Of a stretch of 64,000 bases of DNA, positions 35,723 to 46,400 are shown piece after piece. Numbering within the stretch: the first letter of the stretch is position 1; the number at the start of each line of letters is the position of its first letter. The notes under the pieces were generated by a model that was not told the DNA's origin, did not search any database, and saw nothing but the letters and a program-made list of their open reading frames with translations. The stretch lies in the NCBI GenBank assembly GCA_030390025.1, contig CM059431.1, positions 159,280,001 through 159,344,000 of the forward strand. The letters are read 5' to 3'. Both the position numbers and the translations under genes were made by a program. This DNA is from Squalus acanthias (lineage: Eukaryota).

Positions 35723-38700
35723 CTGGAACCAGCGCAGCCTGTCTACCTGTGTCTCTTGGAGTACGACGCATGGAAGAGAACACTCGTTAAGATGGAAGTG
35801 GAGAAGCTGAAAGTGACTTATCTGTTAGATACTGGAACTTTCAGCACCATAGTCTATTCAGCGAACTCCGCCGCCTCACCTCTGTCTAATGGGGTCCCGT
35901 ACAGTTTAATGGGGTTTACAGGTAACGAGCAGGCTGGCTCGTTCTCCATCCCGCTGTCTATTCAGTTAGGAGCACTCCACATCAAGTGGACCTGTGTCCT
36001 GATGAACTGGGAATGGGAAGGGACGGGGATCCTGGGGGCCAACTTTATCACAGGCCATAGGATTCTAGTGGATCTTAGGAACCACTGTCTGTGGGGAGCA
36101 TGTACCGGCAGAGAAAGTGAAGTGGCAGTCATCCCAGGGAAACAGGGCAAGGGGACCTTTTGCACCCTGAAACCAAAGGAAGGTTACGAACTCGAACGAA
36201 TGGTCAGTAACACTCCGATGGCATACCAGGCATTTGTGCGAGTTCACCTCGCAGCATTTGCCACTCACAAGCACGATTATGGGAGGCTAAACGGGGTCGA
36301 GGTTATTGTCAGCGGGGACCCCATGACCCAACGACAGAAGCAATACAATTTCCCCAGGGAGGCAGAAGCCGACATGGAAAAGGCCATGGCTTCTTTAGTA
36401 ACACAGGGGGTATTGAGATCGATAGCCACCCACGTAAACTCTCCACTGTGGCCGGTTAGAAAACCAAACAACTCCTGGAGGGCCACAGTGGACTATCGGG
36501 TACTCAACCGTAACATCTCCGCCTGTGCACCCACGGTAGCAGCCGTCGCCGACCTCATCAGAAGTATCCCAGCATCTGCGACGACTTTCAAAGTGCTGGA
36601 CATTTCCAACGGGCTTTGGTCCATCCCTTTACGAAGACAGGACCAGTACAAGTTCACCTTCACTTTTAAAGGACAACAGTACACCTGGAACTGCCTACCT
36701 CAGGGCTTCCACAAGAGCCCTAGCATTTTTCACCAATGCATGGCGAATTGTTTGAATGGCTTCAGCCGGCCCCGTCAGTTGATACAATATGTGGATGGCC
36801 TACTCCTGTTCACCGATGAGGGAGCGGAACACGGTCCACTACTGGCTGAACTGCTGGAGCTGCTCCGGCAAGAAGGCTTCAAGGTAAACCCCAAAAAGTT
36901 ACAGATCGGTCAACTGGAAGTAAAATTCCTAGGGCTAACTGTGCGCGCTGGGGAAAGGGCCATCGTCAAAGCTAGGAGGGAAGCAGTGCAGAGTTACCAG
37001 CCCCCAACACAGTCAAAGGAGTGAGATCCTTTTTAGGGCTAACCAGGTACTGCAGAGATTTTATTGAGGATTATGCAGACACCGCAGCCCCTCTGCTCCG
37101 ACTCCTACACAGGGTGTGGAGTGGGACTTGGACGAGGGTTGCGAGGCAGCCTTTCTCAAGTTAAAGAAAGATCTGCAGACCGCGCCGGCTCCAGGGGCTA
37201 TTGATGGGGAGAGTAAGTTTTTCCTGGAGGTGGCAGCCAGCGGGGACAGTCTGAGTGCCGTGCTGCTCCAAGAGAGGCACGTCCGGCTGAGACCGATGGT
37301 TTACTCCTCCAGGATACTCACCGATGTGGAGAAGGGCTATTCCAACTGTGAGAGGCACCTCTTCGCCTCTCACTGGGCTGTGAAAAGATCACTGATCTTC
37401 ACAGGCACATCTCCCATCACCCTGCTCACCAATCACACGACCACCCAGATGCTCCTAGATGGGAGAATCGAAGACGGGACAGTGAGCAGTGCCCGTATTG
37501 CTCGCTGGACCCTGCTTCTCTCCAAGATGGACCTAAGGGTGAAAGGTCTCTGCGAGCCGAAGCTCGCGGCCAAAATGATCTACCCAGGGACAGCCCACCG
37601 GTGTTCCATTGAAGTGGTATGGGAAGTTATCTTGTTTTTCGGGCCGGGATACACCCCACAGGCCGCGAAATCTACGTGGACCGTTCGAGCACAGTATCTT
37701 CTGGCAAGCAACTCACCGGGTGTGGATTTTATGACCAGGAGGAAGGCATTGCCCTGGCAATTAAACTCCCCATCCCCATGAGCGCCCAGCAGGCTGAACT
37801 GTCCGCGGTAGTGTACCTGGTTACACACCCCGAGAAGTTCCCTACACCATACACGATTTGCTCGGACAGCATGTTCACATGCAATTCGTGTACGCAGTAC
37901 CTCGCCATCTGGTCCCGTCGCGGAAATAACTCCGCTGAGGGGAGACCCCTCACCATAAAGCCCCTGTTGGAGAAAATCATGCGGCTGTGGGGGAGGAAGG
38001 GAAGGTCTATATCCATAAGGTCAAGGCCCATTCAAAGACAGAGCCCAGGTGGGAGAGTAACTGTAAGGCAGACGAGCAGGCCAAACAGGGGGCCAGGGAT
38101 GGAGTATTCTGCGATCCGTAGCAAATTGGTCCGGTAGCCGCAATCCGGAGAAAGGGAGGCACCTAAGGGGTAGCCTTGGCCCCGGACTTAAAACAGGCCC
38201 AAGCCCAGGATACCCTCCTCAAGGCCTTCCTGAACGCCCTTGAAAAAGGGGAAAAAGATAAAGGGCTTGTACGGCACAGCAGCCATCACCTTTAAGAAAG
38301 GCATGCTGTTCAGGGGGGAGCAGTGGGTGGTGCCGCTTAGAAGGGAATTCCTTCAACTGGCCCATGAGGGTCCAGGAGCGGGGCATCCCGGACCTGAGAC
38401 CACCTGGCAACGGATGGAACAGACAGGATGGTAGCCAGGACTGAGGAAGAAGTCTGCGTGTTTTGTGTCGGCTGTTTGGTGTATGCTGCTAACAATCCAG
38501 ACTCCCAGAAAAGGAAGGTATCTATGGGACTCATCAGGAGGGTAGAAGGACCATGGCAGTCGATCTAGGTCGATTACATCAGGACCCTACCCACCGCCCA
38601 GGGAGGATTTAAGTACTAACTAGTCCTTGTCTATGGGTTCTCTAAGTGGGTGGAAGCGTTCCCATGCCGTACTGCTATCGCATTGCGTACGGCTAGGATT

Positions 38701-40532
38701 CTGATCAGGGAAGTTGTCTCATGATGGGGACTACCGCAGTATGTGGAGACCGACCATGGGAGGCATTTTACCGGGCAGGTCATGCAGAAGACCCTCAGGG
38801 TACTCGGCATCGAAGGGAAATGGCACATCGCCCACAACCCGCAGTGATCGGGTCCTGTGGAGCGGTTAAACCATACCATTAAGGAAAGGCTACTGAAGGA
38901 AATGGGAGACTCGCCCAAGAAGAGGGTAGAGAGACCTGGGTGTTCTTGTACACCAGTCACTGAAGGCGAGCATGCAGGTGCAACAGGCGGTCAAGAAGGC
39001 AAACGGTATGCTGGCCTTCATAGCAAAAGGGTTGGAATACAGGAACAGGGATACCTTGCTGCAGCTGTACAGGGCACTGGTGAGACCACACCTCGAGTAC
39101 TGTGTACAGTTTTGGTCGCCTTATCTGAGGAAAGATGTTCTTGCCATGGAGGGGGTGCAGCGGCGATTCACCAGGCTGATACCAGGAATGGCGGGATTGA
39201 CCTATGAGTAGAGACTATGTAGTTTAGGGATGTACACACTGGAGTTTAGAAGATTGAGAGGGGACCTCATAGAAGTGTATAAAATTCTGACAGGTCTAGA
39301 CAGACTAGATGCAGAAGGAATGTTTCCCTTGGCGGGTGAGAACAGAACTAGAGCACATAATTTAAGGATAAGGGCTAAACCATTTAGGACAGAAATGAGG
39401 GGAAATGTCTTCATTCAGAGGGTGGTGAACCTGTGGAACTCATTGCCACAGGGGGCAGTGTACGCCAGCTCATTAAATATATTTAAGAGGGAATTAGATA
39501 TATTTCTACAGGCAAAAGGGGTTAAGGGTTACGGAGAGAAGGCGGGGACGGGATACTGAATTGGAGGATCAGCCATGTTCTCATTAAATGGCAGAGCAGG
39601 CTCGAAGGGCCGGATGGCCTACTCCTGCTCCTATCTTCTATGTAAAAGTCTTACCGTTGTTCCTAATGGGGATCCGAGCTAGCCAGTCAAAAAGTACGGG
39701 GTATTCCCCACACCAGCTAATGACTGGCAGGATTATGCGGACCCCCACCCATGTGCTAGCCCCGGTGCTCAGGGAGGGTCAGCTCAGTAAGGTGAACCGG
39801 TACAGCTTCGTCAGGAATCTGTTTGAAAAACTTAAACAGGTTCACTGGCAGGCTGCTAGCAACATGGGAAAACAGCATCGGAGTAACCGACTGCTGCTAG
39901 AACCCCGCAAGCACCACGAGTGGGAGATAGGGGATCAGGTCATGGTTAGGAATTTTGCCCGAGTAGGGAGTTTCGAACCACTGTACATGGGGCTGTACAG
40001 CTTTGTCGACAAGTCAGGCCTCATGGTCTACGCCATAACGATGCCCCGCCGGACAAAGTGATTCCACATGAACCAGTGTAAGCTGCTTAAACCCAAAGGG
40101 GAACAGCCAGCAAAGGCGATACGCCCTAAATGTAGAGATCCTCAGCAAGCAGCTGTGGCAGACTCACAGAACACACCGCTAGGGGCAGTGTGCTGTAGCA
40201 CAGGAGGGGCCACCCCACCAACTATGTGGGACTCGGACGCACCCTCGGTACCGGGAGTCCTAAGAAGGTCTCCTCGCACACCACAGCCAGAACTACCGTG
40301 GACACCAGAGCTTCAATGGTTCAGCCCAGCAAGGGCTGCGACCCGAAAGAGAATAGCCAAATTCAGGGGTCATTCCAAGAAAATGGTTCCCCAGGCAGCG
40401 GCCACAGGCTGCGAGGAACCCACAGGACAGGACAGTGCCTTGCAGCCACACCAAATGGGGCGGTGTGCTGTAGCACAGGAGGGGACACTCCCCGGATTAT
40501 CAGGGATTCAGGGAAACCCTCAGTTGTTTTAA
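35723..40532 (+). pseudogene. pol: pol (protease, RT, tether RNase H, RNase H, integrase), frameshifted, with a CR1 insertion
   Basis: YLLDTG; NSPLWPVRKP..SWRATVDYR; LDISNG; LPQGFHKSPSIF; YVDG; FFLEVAAS..LSAVLLQE; IYVDRS...SAQQAEL...SDS...HKVKAH; H..PGAGHPG; VDYI...ETDHG...VERLNHTIK. Confidence 0.92.
38931..39641 (+). mobile_element. Short CR1 3' fragment inserted into the proviral integrase
   Basis: Flanked by GTAGA/GTAAA; integrase rejoins (SPKKRV..VLPLFLMGIRA); nearly identical to 56287-56990. Confidence 0.92.
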
Positions 40533-40829
40533 GAAGGACTCTCAAGGTCCTGCAGTACAGGCCACCTTACGCCCAGGCGTACAGGCTGCTCAGAAGCTGC
40601 AAGACAGAGGCCATACAGGATTTAGTCTGGCCGTCCAGAGACGGGCGGCGTATGTACAGAGTTTAAACTGTATTTTAGGTGTGTTTTACAGTTTTGGTAG
40701 TTTTAGTTTTAGTGAGTTTATTTTACCTAAGTAAGTTTAAATTTTCGAGACTCGATCACCTGTCAAGCCAAAGAACCTTCTCGGGACACGGCTATCTGTT
40801 TTGTGTGTCCCTACAGAGAGGAAATCTGC

Positions 40830-43177
40830 ATGACAAGGGTTCTGCTCCTGATCGCCCTGGTAGGGGTGAGCATCAGCGACGAAGGTGACGTTTAGGACTC
40901 CCACATTTATGTGTGCTTGGGAGAGAGAGCGCCGATCGTTACCGCTGGGGGTGGCAAACCGGGTGTGGAGGAGCTCGCTATTTACTTCCATGAGGGAAGC
41001 TGGCCAGGGTTGCTGGGGTTTAACTCTACAGAATACTCCAGCCAGACCGGGTTCACATACGGGGAGGCCTCCATCCCGTGCCCCAGGGTACAGGTCGTTG
41101 CTACAAGGGTCAGTGTCACTGAGGGGAAACATGTGTGTCTCACCTGCAAGGGTCGGATTCCCCTGGATAGGTGGTGGTGGCTCAGGAAGCTGAGCAGCGA
41201 CATAGGGGACCGTGCAGCTGGCTGGGAACGACTGGGGAACGACAGCTACCGGCCGATCACAGGGACCCAAGGGGGTGTGAGTGTTTGTTGGGACAAGTGG
41301 TGGGAGTCAGAACAGGGAATCTATGTCTGTATGTGGGTATCAGAGAGAGACTGCCCCACAGGCATATCCATCATCTTCTCCAGACAATGGCAAGATGCCG
41401 GGTAGGGGATGGGGGTGGGACTCTAGCCTACATGGGAGCACGCTCCCACACTCCCCGATCCCAGTCAACGCCACCGAACTAGTAGCACGCCCACGAAAGC
41501 CCCTGCCCACTCCCACGACATCACGGACAGTGATGGAGAGGTGTACTACAACCAACAAGGGACCAGAGAATGGGCTAGTGCAAGTGCCGACCGAAAATGT
41601 ACTCTGCCAGGGGGGAACAATATGCAATAGCTTCAGTTATCCTAAACCTTACCGAGGTAGACTTACCTGAGTGGTGTCCTAACGAGACAGAAGAGCTATA
41701 CCAGGCCCTGCTGAAAGAGTTGTTTAGGAAATTCTACGAATTCGACTTTGCCAACATAGACAAAGCAGAGCTGTACAAACTACACGCAGAGCACACTATG
41801 GGCGCAGGGAGACAGAGAAGGGGGACCTGAAACGATATTTTCACAACCTGCAATACAGGATCCTCTGTAATAAATAGCCTGGACGATATAGAACTGCAAA
41901 CACAGAAAAATGGTCTAAAAACACAACTGAGAAAGATCCTAACGGAAGAAAACACAGTTGTATGCTCAGAGCTACACGATGACCAAGCTATGACGGTCCA
42001 TTTAAAGGAGATTATTTCTGAGCTAGAGAGACACGCAAAAACAGTAAACGCACTCATACGGGAGGATAGGACTGCTTCGGATCAGGCTCCACAGAATGAG
42101 GTGTGTGTGCTATACGGGGCATGGTTGCTGGGCGAGGGCCGCAGCAATCTGGAGGATTTAAAACAAAGTTTAGTCCCCTCCTGGATTAGCAACAAACACC
42201 TCACAGCCCTCCTCCCGTTAAGCAATTCGCTGAGCCCATGTCAACTCCGCCTAGCCTCTGAAGCCTGCCCAGTCCCTGTAGATTGTGGGCGTTCCAATCA
42301 CTCTATCATTTGGATAGTGGTGAGGATGCCGGTCATGGGTGGGACAGCCCGTCCCGAAGCGGTATAAAGGGTGGATAACATTAGGGTCATTCAAGGGGGT
42401 GCACACGTCCGTTTCGCAGCGGTCCCACCTTATGTCATAAAGTGGGAGCACGCTATGACGGGTACTGACCTCTCCAGGTGCCGGAGCCGGGATGCACACA
42501 TAATACTGTGTCCCCAGCACTTGAATGCCTATTCTAGACCACAGTGCGGGTTTAAAGCTGCTGGCGCACAACCTATCAACTGTAGCATGGATGTAATGGC
42601 ACAAGGCCATGTTCCCCCACAGGTAGAATTCATAGGGGGTGGGACATTTCGTGTCACCAAAAGTGTGCCCCACTACCACCATGGACAGCACATCTGGTGT
42701 CCGGTAAGTGACAGTTGTTTCTGCTTTAAACCAGAGGCAGAAGTTCAAGTGGCCCAGGAACGGATTGTTCCCATTCCTGAACCCTCAACTGTTCACATCA
42801 CTGTCAGGGAAAACATTACTAACCTGCAAAACTATGTCACATTCTTCGGCTATAAGATTGCTCCTCTACCCGAACATTTTACCGCCCGACTCAAAGCAGT
42901 ACAAGTATCGCAAAAACATTTCTACACTCTGGAACAAAAGACAGTCGAGATAGGGGCCGAGATTTCAGGCATCATAATTCCACCCTGGTGGGATATTTTC
43001 GAAAATATAGAGGTCCCATTCTGGATCAGAATGGCTTCCCATATTTTAGTGGTCAGCCAGCTTGGCACACTTCTCTACTTACTGTGCACAAAATGCAAGG
43101 GAAAGGACAGAGTGTTCCGATCCCGACATGAGAAAGCATGGGACCAGCATTACAATAAAGCCTATGGCCAGGTTTAG
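40830..43177 (+). pseudogene. env: env: signal peptide, Ig-like domain, Pro/Thr stalk, F2-like subunit, furin site, F1-like subunit, TM
   Basis: Acceptor ttttgtgtgtccctacAG (40816) then MTRVLLLIALVGVSIS; RQRR at 41810-41821; heptad repeat; Cys cluster (CPVPVDCG, CRSRDAHIILCP...CGF...NCSM); TM ILVVSQLGTLLYLLC; stops at 40893, 41828 and 42365, plus frameshifts. Confidence 0.8.
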
Positions 43178-43470
43178 GGCGAGCCTGAATTGTTTTATTA
43201 AAATGAATAAAGTTTTTGTGAACGTTTATTATTATTTTTGCTATGTATGTAATACTTTCCAACTGGTGCAGGGGTGTGGGACCCCCTCCATGCTTGGATG
43301 TGAATGTAACTGGATTCTTACCTGTGCCTGCATCTGAGCACTACATCAACAGGGAAATGTGTGTTTTGGGTCTTAGATAGGTAAACTGCAGGGGAAGGTT
43401 GGTTCTCGAGGATCAGGAATTTTGCTCACCCGGTATGATACTCTAGCTGGTAAAGTATCACAGCGGGAAC

Positions 43471-46400
43471 AGTAATATTCTCAAAATTCAGAGATTCCCC
43501 AAAACACGAAGACAAACCCTAAGGAAAAAGACTTTGGACTCCTTTCTACCTATTACAGGGTGGTGAAGTTCATTGTGCCTAACCGGAGGACCTGTTGAGC
43601 AAAAAACAAGATTTGGTACTTTTCAAACATGTCTGGGCTTGTAAGGGAGAAAAAGCTGTGAAGGAACGTGGGTTCAACCTCTGTAAAAACAGTTTGGGTA
43701 TTGGAGCTAATCGGAACTGTCTGGGGAACCGCATGATCTCGTTGGGAGTTTAAATCGGCCCCTATCAGACATTAGCATCCTAAAAATAAGCCCGAGGAAA
43801 ACCAGTCTCCACTCCAAAGTTACAGAGCTCATTAAGACATGCATAAAACAGATTACTTCGGCATACCCTATACAAATCATAGGCCCAGCCAAGAAAACCC
43901 AAAACATAGGAACAATCAAACTCCGATTAAGTGGCACATCAACGGGATGGGGCCATCCTGGAACCAGTTCACACCTTAACAAACCAGTGACAGTTGATGA
44001 GCCCGCCAAAACTAACAAAGACCGAGACCTGATTTGGCGCGCAGATAAGGAACCTTCAATGCGTATTATTGAAGGCCCGTTCTCAACCTGAAAAAGAAGA
44101 AGAGGAAGGAAGAACAAGAAGATATCGACGGAGGCGGCGGACCTGGGTGGAGCGACAGCTGCGAGGCGGCGGCAATGAAAGGCGGCAGCGAGCAGGTAGG
44201 GCCACAGAGGCGGCGGACCTCGGTGGAGCCCCGAGAGCGGGAGAGAGAGAAGTAAAAAATAATCAAAGTGTGACGTCACCAGAAAGCAGGTAAGTGATTG
44301 GTTGGTGATTATTTCTCTTTTTACCCTTTTTCCAAACTTAAATTTTGTTGTTTATTGTTTCTAGTGTCTCTGTGGTGTTTGGGGGACAGTTGGTAAACGT
44401 GGGCCCTATATCATTTAATTATAGTATAATTGGTGGGATTGATTTGATTTAATCATGGCACCGTGGTATGCTCGGTGCCATGGTATGATTCTCCTGCGCT
44501 ACGTGGGAAATCGTTGACACTTCCTGTATCCCTGACGACCATGTGTGCAGGAAGTTTATCCAGCTGCAGCTACTGGCATATCGCATTGTGGCGCTGGAGC
44601 TGCGAATGGATACATACTGGAGCATTCGCGATGCTGTGGACCAAGTGGATAGCACGTTTATCCATTTGGTCACACCGCAGATAAAGTTTGCACAGGCAGA
44701 AAGGGAATGGGTGACCACCAGGCAGAGTACTAGGCACAGGCAGTTAGTGCAGGAGTCCCCTGTGGACATCCTCCTCTCAAACAGATATACCGCTTTGGAT
44801 ACTGTTGAGGGGGATGGCTTATCAGGGGAAGGCAGCAGCAGTCAACTTCCTGGCACCAGGGGTGGTTCTGCTGCACAGGACGGGAGGAAAAAGAGTGGGA
44901 GAGCTATAGTGATAGTAGATTCCATTGTAAGGTGAATAGATAGGCGTTACTGCGGCCGCAAACGAGACTCCAGGATGGTGTGTTGCCTCCCTGGTGCAAG
45001 GGTCAAGGATGTCTCAGAGCGGCTGCAGAACATTTTGGAAGGGGAGGGTGAACAGCCAGTTGTCGTGGTGCATATAGGTACCAACGATATAGGTAAAAAA
45101 CGGGATGATGTCCTAAAAGCTGAATATAGGGAGTTAGGAGGTAAATTAAAAAATAGGACCTCAAAGGTAGTAATCTCAGGATTGCTACCAGTGCCACGTG
45201 CTAGTCAGCGTAGAAATAGAAGGATATTTCAGCTGAATACGTGGCTAGAGTAATGGTGCAAGGGGGAGGGATTCAAATTCCTGGGAAAATGGAACCGGTT
45301 CTGAGGGAGGTGGGACCACTACAAATCGGACAGTTTGCACCTGGCCAGGACCGGGACTGATGTCCTTGGGGGAGTGTTTGCTAGTGCTCTGGGGGAGGGT
45401 TTAAAGTAAAATGGCAGGGGGTTGGGAACCTGAGCAGGGAGACACAGGAAAGGGAAACAAGGATGGAAGCAGAAGTCAGGAAGGAAAAATTCAAAGATGT
45501 CAGTCAGAGAAATCAAGGGTTTAAATCAAACGTGGCCACAGTAAATAATAATTCTAAAAGGTCTAAGAGCGTAAAACATACAAGCCTGAACGCTTTGTGT
45601 CTTAATGAGAGGAGCATTCATAATAAGGTGGATGAACTAGCTGCGCAAATAGAGGTAAATGAATATGGTATGATTGGGATTACGGAAACATGGCTCCAGG
45701 GTGACCAAGGCTGGGAACTCAACATACAGGGGTATTCAATATTCAGAAAATATAGGCAAAAATGAAAAGGAGTTCGGGTAGCATTGCTGGTTAAAGAGGG
45801 AATTAACACAATTGTAAGTAAGTATATCAGCTCTTATGATGTAGAATCTGTATGGGTAGAACTGAGAATTACCAAGGGGCAGCAAACGCTAGTGGGAGTG
45901 GTGTAGAGACCCCCAAACACTAATACGGAGGTTGGGGATGGCATTACAAGGGAAATTAGAGAAGCGTGCAATAAGAGCACAGCAGTTATCATGGGCTACT
46001 TTAATCTACATAAAGATTGGGCTAACCAAATTAGTAACAATACTGTGGAAGAGGAATTCCTGAAGTGCATACGGGATGGTTTCCTGGACCAATATGTCGA
46101 GGAACCAAATAGAGATCAGGCCATCTGAAACTGGGTATTATGTAATGAGAAAGGATTAATTAGCAATCTTGTTATGCGAGGCCCCTTCAGTCAGAGCGAT
46201 CATAATATCATAGAATTCTTCATTAAGGTGGGGGGTGAAGTAGTTGACTCAGAGACTAGGGTCCAGAATTTAAATAAAGGGAACTACGATGGTATGAGGC
46301 GCGAGTTGGGTAGGATTGATTGGGGAATGTCACTCAAAGGGTTGACGGTGGATAGGCAATGGGAAACATTCAAAGATCGCATGAATGAACTACATAATTT

